A DNA stretch of 50,530 nt from an uncultured Gammaproteobacteria bacterium (GCA_964651815.1 CAZYWG010000003.1:1-50530); one strand, 5' to 3'. Shown: positions 29,095 through 38,915, counted from the first letter of the stretch. Translations and numbers: made by a program. Notes: generated by a model from the letters alone, not told the origin.

Positions 29095-30027
29095 ATGAAA
29101 ATAATTGTCACACATAAAGCCTCAGATCTTGACGCAGTTGCTTCATCCTGGATGATAAAAAGATTCTTACCGGGTTGGGAAAATGCGGAATCCCGTTTTG
29201 TTCCGGCTGGCGACAAATTGGCAGGAAAATATCTGCGTGAGGGGGAAATTATTGAGCGAGTTGCGTTTGGTGATGGAGAAGAAGCAGATGTAATTCATGT
29301 TGATACAGGAATGTGCTCACTTGACCATCACCAAATTAGTAGTGATGATGTTTGCGCAACGAGTCTTGCTTTTGATTACGTTCTAAAAAACAATGAATTT
29401 TTGCCAAATGATGTAAATAAAGTTGAGGCTTTAAGGCGTATTGTAGAATACACTGTCAATGATGACCATTTCCAGGAAGTTTTTTATGAAAATCCCACAG
29501 CCGACGTGTATGATTTCTCAATTGTTGGACTTCTTCATGGAATCAAGCTTTTGTATCCAAAAGATGACACATCAGTCCTAAATTTTGGATTTGATGCACT
29601 TGATTCGGCCTTCCATTATTTTGAAAACAAAATTTGGGCGGAGAAAGAAATAGAGGAGAAGGGAATTCGATTTGATTCAAAATGGGGAAAATCCTTAGCT
29701 ATAGAAACTCTTAATGATACCGTTATGAAAATGGGGCAGACCATGGGATATGTTCTCACTGTCCGCAAAGACCCTGCAAGCGGAAATGTAAGAATAAAAG
29801 CCAGGCCGAGGAGAAGGACTAATGGAAAATTCCCGGAGGGCGTTTTTGAAAATGTAGATATAGATTTAACCCCAGTTTATGAAAAACTTAAAAAAATGGA
29901 CCCGGAAGCAACCTGGTTTTTGCATATATCAAAGCGAATGTTGCTGAATGGAAGCTCTAAGAATCCCAACATGAAAGGTTCAAAACTTACCCTTGATGAG
30001 GTTGTTGAGGTCCTCCAGAATATCTAG
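29095..30027 (+). CDS. DHH/MYG1-like phosphoesterase-fold protein
   Basis: VTHKASDLDA, VDTG and LDHHQ metal-binding motifs. Confidence 0.7.
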   Translation: MKIIVTHKASDLDAVASSWMIKRFLPGWENAESRFVPAGDKLAGKYLREGEIIERVAFGDGEEADVIHVDTGMCSLDHHQISSDDVCATSLAFDYVLKNNEFLPNDVNKVEALRRIVEYTVNDDHFQEVFYENPTADVYDFSIVGLLHGIKLLYPKDDTSVLNFGFDALDSAFHYFENKIWAEKEIEEKGIRFDSKWGKSLAIETLNDTVMKMGQTMGYVLTVRKDPASGNVRIKARPRRRTNGKFPEGVFENVDIDLTPVYEKLKKMDPEATWFLHISKRMLLNGSSKNPNMKGSKLTLDEVVEVLQNI

Positions 30028-30514
30028 TTTGATAGCCCAAGCTGTTTAGGGCACTTTCAACTGCCTTTGCATTGTAATAAACTACGCTCAAGATTGGCTG
30101 GTACCTTTGTGCGAGAGCATTTGCTGCACCCTCCGTCAGTACCACGTCGTTTAGAGCAGCACTATGTCGTCTCCTAAATGTTAACGGTTCCGAATTGTCC
30201 ACGGTCCAACCCTCAACAACCATGGGGACTCCATTTACGTTTCCATTTATTCTGTAGCTCATATGGCCTTTAATATCCGGTTGATATTCCAGTCCGTCAA
30301 GTTCTGTGAGCAGTTGAGCACGGTCTTGGGCGTTTTCCAATTTGCTTTTTGCCGAATCTACGTGCTGCGTGAGTTTTGCCCTTCTGAATATTCGTGTGTT
30401 TGAATGTTGTTGTTTTTGAACTGCATAAGATAAATCTTCTTGTGCCAGGAATATATCTTTTGCAGCTTGCTGTTTAAAGACTATGAGTGATTGTTTGGCC
30501 ATTCCTTCTACCAT
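29987..30514 (-). CDS. Hypothetical protein
   Basis: 175-aa ORF; TGTTATAAT 7 nt before the ATG. Confidence 0.65.
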   Translation of the reverse strand: MVEGMAKQSLIVFKQQAAKDIFLAQEDLSYAVQKQQHSNTRIFRRAKLTQHVDSAKSKLENAQDRAQLLTELDGLEYQPDIKGHMSYRINGNVNGVPMVVEGWTVDNSEPLTFRRRHSAALNDVVLTEGAANALAQRYQPILSVVYYNAKAVESALNSLGYQTRYSGGPQQPHQG

Positions 30515-30553
30515 GTTTTAGATTATAACACCAGCTTTACGTGGTTCAATATG

Positions 30554-31468
30554 TTAGGCTTCTGCTTGTTCGGCGGTTTTGAGGTCGATTAGGATTTTTT
30601 CAATGTCTCCGTCCATAATAGCAGGGAGATTGTGGTAAGATTGGCCAATTCTGTGGTCTGTCACACGGTCCTGGGGGAAATTATAGGTTCTTATTTTTTC
30701 GGCTCTGGTGCCTTTTCCCACCTGAGTTGATTTAAGTTCTCCCATCATTTCATTTCTTTTCTCAAGTTCAAGCTCCCAAAGTTTTGCACGCAGTAATTTC
30801 ATGGCATTTTCCCTATTTTGGTGTTGTTGGCGCTCCGTCTGGCATGTGACTACAATTCCCGATGGAATATGCTTCAATCTGACAGCTGTGGAAACCTTAT
30901 TAACATTCTGGCCGCCATGGCCGCCGGCGCGGAACGCATCAAACTCAATATCATCTGGATTGATATGTTGATCTATATCTTCGAGTTCGGGTAGAGCAGA
31001 GACAACCGCGGTTGACGTATGCACTCGGCCGCGCTTTTCAGTCTCAGGAATTCTCTGTACGCGGTGGACGCCGGCCTCAAATTTAAACATGCCAAACGCA
31101 TTTCGTGTAATAATTTTAAAAGCAGTTTCATCCAAAAATTCCACCCTTAACTTTTTAATTTCCGCATAACGTTGGTACATTCTCAAAAGCTCTTTTGCCC
31201 AAATTTTGGCTTCATCTCCGCCTGCCGCGCCTTTTACCTCAATAATTACGTTTCTATGAGAAAGTGTATCTCCCGGTTTTGATGAACCACTCGTTGCGTA
31301 ATTATCTCCGCCCGAAGCCGCCGTTTCAAGCTCAATTTTCTGCTTTTTTAGGTCTGCAAGTTCTTCTCCTGCCATAGCAGCCATTTCAGGATCTGCGAGT
31401 AAAGCCTCAGCATCCTTTATTTTTTGATCTATGATATTTATCTGGTCTTGTATATATGAATTGTCCAT
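30554..31468 (-). CDS. prfA: Peptide chain release factor 1
   Basis: [12 protein letters not shown] (PxT motif), [23 protein letters not shown]. Confidence 0.95.
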   Translation of the reverse strand: MDNSYIQDQINIIDQKIKDAEALLADPEMAAMAGEELADLKKQKIELETAASGGDNYATSGSSKPGDTLSHRNVIIEVKGAAGGDEAKIWAKELLRMYQRYAEIKKLRVEFLDETAFKIITRNAFGMFKFEAGVHRVQRIPETEKRGRVHTSTAVVSALPELEDIDQHINPDDIEFDAFRAGGHGGQNVNKVSTAVRLKHIPSGIVVTCQTERQQHQNRENAMKLLRAKLWELELEKRNEMMGELKSTQVGKGTRAEKIRTYNFPQDRVTDHRIGQSYHNLPAIMDGDIEKILIDLKTAEQAEA

Positions 31469-31514
31469 AGTGGAATGTCTGACTTAAATGTCAGTCAAAA
31501 TAATGGTTTTAATG

Positions 31515-31805
31515 TTAGCGTTTGAGCGCCTGAAGCATTTCTCGAAGGGTCTGTGGGCCTTGATCGTCTTTGTTTTCTTGCTTTTTCTTGGACTTTAAGG
31601 GTTGAGCTTGAGACTGCTTAATCTTAAATCTTTCAATTCTTGAAGCGGTATCTACAAAACGTGCCTGACCAGTGTAAAAAGGATGGCATTTACTGCAAAG
31701 TTCAACGTGAATTGTTTGTTTGGTTGAGCCTGTGACAAATTTTTCGCCACAAGAACATACAACCTGAGCGTCGTCAAAGTATGTAGGGTGCATTTGTGCT
31801 TTCAT
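31515..31805 (-). CDS. rpmE: 50S ribosomal protein L31
   Basis: HPTY..CSCG..CSKCHPFYTG (Zn-binding type). Confidence 0.95.
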   Translation of the reverse strand: MKAQMHPTYFDDAQVVCSCGEKFVTGSTKQTIHVELCSKCHPFYTGQARFVDTASRIERFKIKQSQAQPLKSKKKQENKDDQGPQTLREMLQALKR

Positions 31806-31850
31806 GATGGTACAATTATACCCTGTTTTTTAAATTTACGCAAGAACACT

Positions 31851-32507
31851 ATGGGTGCAGAACAAACAGGTAGAACAAAGAGGTCTCATGCAACAGGACA
31901 CAGGCGTGTCACTGGGCAGGAAATTAAAGGTAATATACCGGTTGAAGCTATTCATACCAATCTGACGGTTTGGCCATCAGTAAGGCCTTTATCGGAAAGA
32001 TTATTTCCCCCATCAGAAATTATAGATATAACTCAACTTAAACCGAGACAAGTTTATAATGCGCTACATCAGAAAGACAGAATCATTGATGCTAACCAAA
32101 CCTATGGATTACCCGCACATATCCAGCAGAGAAGAAAAGAAGGATATGAAAGGGCTAAAAGAACATCAAAGGGTATAACCCCAGAACAATACGAAGTTAA
32201 TATAACCACCTTCACACGGCGTGTTTTAGAAAGAGGACTCATCAGTGATATATCGGATTGGGAATCAGTTAAAGATCAGCTTGAGGCTAAGGGGAGAGAA
32301 GTACGTTCAAGATCAAGAATTTTAATTTTAGAAACAATAGTTAGGGCCAAGAGGTTAATAGCTGAAGGCAATACAGAGATGGTCAAGTTTTACCCAAGAC
32401 TTTTAAGAGCAATAGAAGGAGTTTTTTACAGAGAAGAAGATTATGCCGATTTAAATCTGATCAAAAACTCTTCCTCTACCAAAAAAAACCTACCGTTTTC
32501 TAAGTAA
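31851..32507 (+). CDS. Hypothetical protein
   Basis: Basic ORF from ATG 31851; no recognised motif. Confidence 0.65.
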   Translation: MGAEQTGRTKRSHATGHRRVTGQEIKGNIPVEAIHTNLTVWPSVRPLSERLFPPSEIIDITQLKPRQVYNALHQKDRIIDANQTYGLPAHIQQRRKEGYERAKRTSKGITPEQYEVNITTFTRRVLERGLISDISDWESVKDQLEAKGREVRSRSRILILETIVRAKRLIAEGNTEMVKFYPRLLRAIEGVFYREEDYADLNLIKNSSSTKKNLPFSK

Positions 32508-33422
32508 ATGAATTGGGTGCCAGTGGATTCGACCCTCAGAAATATAAATTCCTAAGAATACAAGAAGCGATCCTATTATAAAAAAAGAATTAGGATATTC
32601 TCCAAGAAGAGGAATTGCTATGATGACAGTTACAACAGGATCTATATATGTAAATACGCTTGATTCGGAGGCTTTCAAATATTTTAAAGCCAAAAAGAAA
32701 AGATAATATGCGGCGGCAGAGGACAGGAAAATTCCAAAAAATGCCCCAACCTCGCTTTTTGTAGTGAGCGCAAGATGAAAATGATTAAGGGACAGTTCAT
32801 TAAAGAAAAATGGGAAAAAAGACATACTCCCAATCAAAAACGCCCAAAATACAACAGGTGCAGGTTCATATTTTTCCATAAGTTTCCGCCCAATTAATGT
32901 TGTCCCCAGACTTCCAAGCATTGCCACAACAAACATCATATTCCCTGCAAAAGAAATGTTTGACGAAAGGCTCACACCATGCCAAAGGAGAGGACTTAAA
33001 AGAATTGTGAGAACACCCAAAAGCCCAACATGCGCGCCTAGAATTATTTTTTTATTAACTTTTTCGCGTAAGAAAATAAATGATCCAAAAATGATAAAGA
33101 TAGGGGCAGCAGAACCAATTATCCCTGCATTAATGCTTTGGGCGTTTTTGAGGCCAACAAAAAAGAAAGAAATGTTAATTGTTATTCCTAAAAAGGCCAT
33201 CAAGAAAAGCTTTCTTATATCTTCTTTGTTAATCCTTAAATTTTTATACGCAAACGGGAACATAATGAGTGCCGCAAAAAAGAAGCGCATGAATGCTAGG
33301 GTGAATGGGCCAATATCGGTAAGTGCCCATTTAAAAATAGGTGGAGCTGCCCCCCAAATAGTGTTGGCAATAATAAGTGCAATAACCGCTGATCTAATGG
33401 GATGTAATTTAAGAAATTGCAT
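32490..33422 (-). CDS. EamA/DMT-family transporter
   Basis: IWG, RFFFA, FLREK, YIDPV, LLGE; about 10 TM helices. Confidence 0.92.
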   Translation of the reverse strand: MQFLKLHPIRSAVIALIIANTIWGAAPPIFKWALTDIGPFTLAFMRFFFAALIMFPFAYKNLRINKEDIRKLFLMAFLGITINISFFFVGLKNAQSINAGIIGSAAPIFIIFGSFIFLREKVNKKIILGAHVGLLGVLTILLSPLLWHGVSLSSNISFAGNMMFVVAMLGSLGTTLIGRKLMEKYEPAPVVFWAFLIGSMSFFPFFFNELSLNHFHLALTTKSEVGAFFGIFLSSAAAYYLFFLALKYLKASESSVFTYIDPVVTVIIAIPLLGEYPNSFFIIGSLLVFLGIYISEGRIHWHPIHLLRKR

Positions 33423-33476
33423 TGGGCAAAATTCGTATCAAGTATTAAGTATAAAGTATTTAGTATAAAAACGTAA

Positions 33477-34721
33477 TTACTTAATGGAGTCTGGGAGTTG
33501 GTCAAGTGATACGGTTTTTTGTTCGCCAGTTTTCAAATCTTTTATTGTTGCTTGATTTGTTTCTGCCTCTTTTGGCCCAATAATCACGACATATGGAATC
33601 TTTTTCTGGTCTGCGTATTTCAGCTGTTTTTCCATTTTTGCATTTGGGTCTATATAAAGCTCTTGGCCAATATTATTCTCACTTAAAACCTCGCAAACTT
33701 TAATTGATTCATCAAGAAGCTCCGGCGAAAAAACTGTAACTAAAGCTTTTACGGTTTGAAGATTCTTGGGGAATAAGTCAAGCGTGTCCATTGCTTCTAT
33801 GATCCTGTCAAATCCAAAGGCGCACCCAACGGCCGGAATATCCCGCCCTGCAAACATACCAATAAGATTGTCGTAGCGGCCTCCGCCGCAGACAGACCCT
33901 GCGTCATATCCTTCAATTTCAATTTCAAATATCGTGCTGGTATAGTAATCGAGTCCGCGGGCCAAAGTTGGTTCAAATTCGTATTGGGTTTCAGGAATAT
34001 CTAGTTTTTTTAGGTATTCAAATAGAGACATAAAGCTCTCCGGTGGAAGTTGGTTTTCAAGAAAATCCAAAATTTGCCTTCTGGCATTTATATCTTTTCC
34101 GAGTTTCCCAATTTCATCTAAAACGCCTTTCTCACCAATTTTGTTGATTTTGTCAACTGCCCGCAAAATTGCCGGTAATTCACTTTCTGTTGCAAGACCT
34201 TGTTTTACTAAATTTCCAAAAACATTTCTGTCATTAATTAAAACTTTAAATTTCTCAAATCCCAGATTCCTGAGCGCAGTTATAGTGATCTCAATAATTT
34301 CCGCGTCGGCAAGAAGAGAGCTAGTCCCAACCGTATCAATATCACACTGCGTAAACTCCCGGAAACGCCCTCTTTGTGTGTTTTCTCCTCTCCAAACATT
34401 TGATATTTGGTAGCGTTTGAAGGGTAGAGGGATTTGTCCTTGATATTGGGCAACAACGCGCGCCAGCGGCACTGTTTGGTCATAACGGAGAGTGACAAGA
34501 TCATTCCCTTTGGTTTCAAAGCTGTACATGAGCTTATCTCCTTCTTCCCCATATTTTCCGAGCAAAATTTCTTGATATTCAAGGACTGGTGTTTCAAGCG
34601 GATCAAAGCCATAAGACTCAAATACCTTTCTCAAGGTGTCAATTACATACTGTCGTTTCCGCGCCTGCTCAGGCAGAAAGTCACGAAAACCCTTTAAAGT
34701 TCTAGGTAAAATTTTATTCAT
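33477..34721 (-). CDS. hisS: Histidine--tRNA ligase
   Basis: KGFRDFLP, LRYDQTVP, GRFREFTQCD, ARGLDYYT, GGGRYD. Confidence 0.97.
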   Translation of the reverse strand: MNKILPRTLKGFRDFLPEQARKRQYVIDTLRKVFESYGFDPLETPVLEYQEILLGKYGEEGDKLMYSFETKGNDLVTLRYDQTVPLARVVAQYQGQIPLPFKRYQISNVWRGENTQRGRFREFTQCDIDTVGTSSLLADAEIIEITITALRNLGFEKFKVLINDRNVFGNLVKQGLATESELPAILRAVDKINKIGEKGVLDEIGKLGKDINARRQILDFLENQLPPESFMSLFEYLKKLDIPETQYEFEPTLARGLDYYTSTIFEIEIEGYDAGSVCGGGRYDNLIGMFAGRDIPAVGCAFGFDRIIEAMDTLDLFPKNLQTVKALVTVFSPELLDESIKVCEVLSENNIGQELYIDPNAKMEKQLKYADQKKIPYVVIIGPKEAETNQATIKDLKTGEQKTVSLDQLPDSIK

Positions 34722-34788
34722 AACGTTTCCTCTCTAGGACTTTACCCTGAGTAGTGCGAAGGGATAACGTACGTGGTTTAATTTTCAT
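34714..34788 (-). other. 24-aa uORF resembling the HisRS N-terminus and containing a repeat insert
   Basis: MKIKPRTLSLRTTQGKVLERKRYE*; overlaps the hisS start; promoter TTGAGC-17-TAAAAT ends 8 nt upstream of its ATG. Confidence 0.55.
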
Positions 34789-34839
34789 ATAGGTTGATTT
34801 TATCAGAACGTTTCTAAATGCTCAAGGAAAAAAAGGATT

Positions 34840-35346
34840 TTATGCGGTTTTTGAGACTATGCGGTGGGCGCGTCTGCGCTTAGTGGTTTTGCGGGTGTAG
34901 TGTTGTGACAAGACACTAATATTTCCATCAATTTCAAGAATCGCAAGGTCAACCTCACTTATTTTCTCAACGCCATGTTCACGGACGGATGCCTCCAGCT
35001 CCTCTTGAGTAATTTGAGCCTTATTCATGTTCTCACGTATTACGTGCCCTTCGTATACCAACATTAAGGGGTGGCCCTCCAGAAGATTTGTAAAAGTTTT
35101 GGATTTAAAAAAGAAAAGACCAAAAATTGAGTTGACGACAAATAATGTTGCTGCTGCAGCTATGCCCCCAAGAAGAGTAGCGTCGGGTCCAACCATAGCG
35201 TTTTGGACTGCGTTTGAGATCAATAAAATAAATACAAGGTCAGTTATTGAAAGTTGTGCAATTTCGCGCTTTCCAAAAACCCTGATGGCAATAACAATAA
35301 ATACGTAGACAACAAGCGAGCGCGCGACAATTGATAAGATCATCAT
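34840..35346 (-). CDS. DUF421 (YetF-like) membrane protein
   Basis: RVFGKREIAQLS..DLV, LLEGHP, AILEIDGNISV. Confidence 0.88.
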   Translation of the reverse strand: MMILSIVARSLVVYVFIVIAIRVFGKREIAQLSITDLVFILLISNAVQNAMVGPDATLLGGIAAAATLFVVNSIFGLFFFKSKTFTNLLEGHPLMLVYEGHVIRENMNKAQITQEELEASVREHGVEKISEVDLAILEIDGNISVLSQHYTRKTTKRRRAHRIVSKTA

Positions 35347-35397
35347 GATTATATTATAGCAACTAAGTGTACTCGCAACTAGCAACTAGTTTTCCAG

Positions 35398-36036
35398 TTA
35401 TTCTCGGCCTCCCTGGCCGACTTTATTTTCACCCGTTTTTGGTGGCCTCATGCGGGGCGCATTTTTCTTTCGTTTGAAAGTGTTACCTGTTGATCGTCCG
35501 CTTGGCGCCTCAATTGGATTATCAAGGTTTTGTTTAACATCATTTTTCTTTTTAGTTTCTTCTTCCAGTTCAAGTTGCCTTTTTTGCTGTTTTTCTTGAT
35601 CTTCACGGCTTCCACTTCTGGGTCCTTCCAAAATATCTTCCACCTGTCTTCTATGAAGTTCCTGCTTTAATTGCTCATTTACTGGATTTTTTGGCTTAGG
35701 AGGACCATCATTTCCCCAGAGTGCATCACTTACTTTTGGTTCTTCTTTTGGAGTTGGTGTGTTTTGTTTGGGATTTTCTTTTTGCGGGGAGCTTGCTGTT
35801 CCAGTTTGCGCGGCGAGTTCTTTTTGGATATCTTCAATCTCCTTTGAGCTTTGGGTTTTATCTTTCTGCAAACCCTGCTGGACCTGTTCATTTGTTAAGG
35901 TCGTCGTCCCATAAAGAAGTTGTGCCTCAAATTGCCTCGCGGTATCTGCCGCCTGTTTTCCTGTTTCTCTCACTGCATTTCTGACGCCTTCTCCTCCGGT
36001 TTCAAAAATTTTCTTAAGTATTTTTTTAGCAGCCAT
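35398..36036 (-). CDS. Hypothetical charged, low-complexity protein
   Basis: 212-aa K/E/Q-rich ORF. Confidence 0.7.
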   Translation of the reverse strand: MAAKKILKKIFETGGEGVRNAVRETGKQAADTARQFEAQLLYGTTTLTNEQVQQGLQKDKTQSSKEIEDIQKELAAQTGTASSPQKENPKQNTPTPKEEPKVSDALWGNDGPPKPKNPVNEQLKQELHRRQVEDILEGPRSGSREDQEKQQKRQLELEEETKKKNDVKQNLDNPIEAPSGRSTGNTFKRKKNAPRMRPPKTGENKVGQGGRE

Positions 36037-36211
36037 GCATTTAGTTTATAAAAGTATTACAGGTATCACAAGTATCACGGGTATCAAGGGGAAATTGCTC
36101 ATGATTCGCCAGACACTCTTGATACCTCTAAGCTCAGTTTATTTTCAGCAAGATATATTATTATCCAAAATTGACACGCAAAAATTCTTGTATTAAAATA
36201 TTTCTGATTAT

Positions 36212-37369
36212 ATGCGTAATTTGGTAATAATTGTAATTATTCTTGTAGCTGTTCTTCTTATCTGGAATGGTGCGTTAAAAGTTCTCCCAAATATCGCAAA
36301 AAATCAAAATATTCTTCAAGTTCCGAGCGAACAAAATGTTAAAGTTGTTAATGAAGAATCTGACGTTATAAACGTAGTCAAAAAAGTAGGTCCTTCAGTT
36401 GTAACCATTGGAATTGTTAACGATAATCAAAATACCCAAGGGATTGATAATTCTTCACCTTTTGGATTTTTCTTTGGGTCTCCTCAAGTGCCTCAGCAAA
36501 CACCAAATACTGCTCAAGACCAAAATTATATAGGAAGCGGATTTATTGTGGACCGTGGGGGTTTAATTGTAACTAATAAGCATGTTGTTTCAGATTCAAC
36601 CCAAACTTATGTCATTGTTGATTCAAAAGGGAATAAATACACAATCGCAAATATATATCGCGATCCTCTAAATGACTTGGCAATTCTTAAAGTTGCCAAA
36701 GTGCCATCCGGCGGATTTACCCCGGTGCAATTTGGCGATTCTAACAGGCTTGAAGTAGGGCAATTTGCAATTGCAATAGGGACGGCACTTGGGCAGTTTA
36801 GAAATACTGTGACAACCGGTGTTATATCGGGTTTGGGACGCGGTATCGCGGCCGGGTCGCCTTTTGAAGGGTTTGTTGAGCAACTTGATAATGTTATCCA
36901 GACGGACGCGGCAATTAATCCCGGGAATTCGGGCGGGCCGCTTCTCAATTCTGCCGGTCAAGTAATTGGTATTAATTCTGCAGTCTCTTCCCAAGGTCAA
37001 AACATTGGTTTTGCAATTCCAATTAATTTGGTTAAGCAGTCAATTGATGATTTTAATAAAACCGGACAATTCAACCGCGCGTACTTAGGTGTTTCATACG
37101 TCATGATTTCACGCGACGCAGCGCTTCTTAATAATTTACCTCAAGGAGCATTAGTTCGTAATGTTGTGGAAGGCTCTCCCGCGCAAAAAGCAGGAGTCCA
37201 GGCCGACGATGTAATCACAAAAATTGACGGGCAGGCAATTACTGACCAAAATAATCTTGCAACAATAATAAATACTAAAAAAGTGGGGCAGAGTGTAACT
37301 CTCACTGTTTTTCGAGATAACAATACAACTGACATTAAAGCAACGCTTGAGCAATCCCCTGGACAGTAA
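36212..37369 (+). CDS. htrA: HtrA/DegP-family serine protease with PDZ domain
   Basis: TNKHVV, DLAILKV, TDAAINPGNSGGPL; C-terminal PDZ. Confidence 0.95.
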   Translation: MRNLVIIVIILVAVLLIWNGALKVLPNIAKNQNILQVPSEQNVKVVNEESDVINVVKKVGPSVVTIGIVNDNQNTQGIDNSSPFGFFFGSPQVPQQTPNTAQDQNYIGSGFIVDRGGLIVTNKHVVSDSTQTYVIVDSKGNKYTIANIYRDPLNDLAILKVAKVPSGGFTPVQFGDSNRLEVGQFAIAIGTALGQFRNTVTTGVISGLGRGIAAGSPFEGFVEQLDNVIQTDAAINPGNSGGPLLNSAGQVIGINSAVSSQGQNIGFAIPINLVKQSIDDFNKTGQFNRAYLGVSYVMISRDAALLNNLPQGALVRNVVEGSPAQKAGVQADDVITKIDGQAITDQNNLATIINTKKVGQSVTLTVFRDNNTTDIKATLEQSPGQ

Positions 37370-37456
37370 GTTAACTCACAGCTTATAGCTTTTAGTTCAT
37401 GAACCCCATAGTATATATGTAGGTTAGGCACAAATAGCCTCAGGTGTGATATAATT

Positions 37457-37587
37457 CAATTCGTCTTTGAGGCTGGTGTGGGCGAATTGCATGCTCAAAA
37501 CAAGTCTTGGAGTAATTTAAGAATCTTCTCCTGATGACAAAATCATCGGGATCTAGCAGGACGAAAACCGCCTTGCTAGACTTGCAC
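37457..37587 (+). ncRNA. Candidate structured RNA (pseudoknot plus hairpins)
   Basis: Several complementary segments read by eye, downstream of TGnTATAAT at 37447-37455; no family recognised. Confidence 0.4.
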
Positions 37588-37700
37588 ATTAAAATTGCTA
37601 TTCTGATATTTTGGAGTTGTTGTTTTTGCCTTACTGTAAATAAAAAAAATTGTTTTTGGTGAGGTGAAAACAACAAGAAAAGAAAGGAGATCAGGGGGTA

Positions 37701-37949
37701 ATGTTTTACTGGATTGCTGAACGGGCTACCGGGATAGTTGTGTTACTGATTGTCATCATGATGTTGGGTTTTGCTTTTGGCATTACATTCATCGGCATGA
37801 TTGCAGCAGCACTTCTGTTTCTAGTAGTCGCACAGTACATTGCAGTACAAGATGACAGCAATTCTAAGAAGGCCTTTTTTATGGTCATCTGGATGCTCAT
37901 CTATGTCGTGTGTTACGTTGTTTACAGAGTTCTCGAGTCGCTCGCTTAA
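37701..37949 (+). CDS. Small membrane protein (about 3 TM helices)
   Basis: AAGGAG SD; highly hydrophobic. Confidence 0.75.
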   Translation: MFYWIAERATGIVVLLIVIMMLGFAFGITFIGMIAAALLFLVVAQYIAVQDDSNSKKAFFMVIWMLIYVVCYVVYRVLESLA

Positions 37950-37993
37950 CACATCCCGCATTCGGCGGATTAGCTCTCTGAAAGGAGAAGACG

Positions 37994-38167
37994 GTGAGTA
38001 AGTTAGCTATAGGAATAGGCGCACTATTGGTGTTCCCTTGCGGGACATTCATAGGGGAGGCTTCTCTGAACACCGGGTTTGTACTGGTGGCTATAGGGTC
38101 CATCTCAATGGGTGCCGGAATCGTATCCGAGTGGATTCACGATCCGAAACTGTTCTGGGGGCATTAA
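37994..38167 (+). CDS. Small 2-TM membrane protein (57 aa), not in the ORF track
   Basis: GTG start after AAGGAG; MSKLAIGIGALLVFPCGTFIGEASLNTGFVLVAIGSISMGAGIVSEWIHDPKLFWGH. Confidence 0.65.
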   Translation: MSKLAIGIGALLVFPCGTFIGEASLNTGFVLVAIGSISMGAGIVSEWIHDPKLFWGH

Positions 38168-38238
38168 TTAGCGTTACCTCAAGTTGAGCCGCCATTGCGG
38201 ATTAGTCTGGCCCAGAGGGGTAAGGAGAAACTGTCACC

Positions 38239-38475
38239 ATGGTGATAGTATACGTTCTGGTTGAAACAGATCCCGACGCAACTAAGCGTGTTTACAGTGA
38301 GCTCCTCAAAGTTCCAGGTGTGGTGGAGATTCACGAGGTCATGGGTCCTTATGACATCATTGTGGAGCTCAGCGTCCCCAACTTGGTAGACGTACCACCC
38401 ATCCTGAGCGAGCAGATTCGCACCATCTCGGGCATTCAGAGCACAACATCGCTCGTGTCCTTCCCGGACGCATAG
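38239..38475 (+). CDS. Stand-alone Lrp/AsnC ligand-binding (RAM) domain protein
   Basis: YVLV...PGVVEIHEVMGPYDIIV...IRTISGIQSTTSL; no HTH. Confidence 0.9.
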   Translation: MVIVYVLVETDPDATKRVYSELLKVPGVVEIHEVMGPYDIIVELSVPNLVDVPPILSEQIRTISGIQSTTSLVSFPDA

Positions 38476-38504
38476 CCTGCGAAAGCAGAGAAAGAGAGGC
38501 AGAA

Positions 38505-38915
38505 ATGCACGAACTCATAGTGTCTGGGCTTTTCGGCGCTGGCGTAGTGGGGACGCTTTACGTTCTCTTAAAGGTGAGCCGAACGGCACGCTTAGTGCTC
38601 TTCTACGGGATGGTGACATTGCCATTGTGGGTGGTCGCTGGAGCGTTCGGTCTTGCCGTGCTCGGAGCCTTCGTAACGTTTCAGGATGACGTGATAGCTG
38701 GCTTGATGCTGGTAACCGTTGGCTTAGCTGCGTCACTGTTCGCCATGTGGGCATTCATCCATATCTGGGAGGAGACGTTCGGCCCAATCGGAGGCTTCGG
38801 ATCAGGACCGGGTATTAAGCGCCTGCTCCTCAGCGTTCGAAGCGCCGTCGCGCATCTCTTCGAGGGTTTCCCTTGGGTCAAGACGGTACGTCTTTCCCAC
38901 GTGTTCGCCCGATAG
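38505..38915 (+). CDS. Membrane protein (about 3 TM helices)
   Basis: GAGAGG SD; hydrophobic segments. Confidence 0.7.
   Translation: MHELIVSGLFGAGVVGTLYVLLKVSRTARLVLFYGMVTLPLWVVAGAFGLAVLGAFVTFQDDVIAGLMLVTVGLAASLFAMWAFIHIWEETFGPIGGFGSGPGIKRLLLSVRSAVAHLFEGFPWVKTVRLSHVFAR

Noticed and set aside
37531-37566. Hammerhead ribozyme (CTGATGA ... GAAA)
   Set aside because: CTGATGA is itself paired in a hairpin with TCATCGG, no stem II closes between it and GAAA, and stems I and III could not be built.
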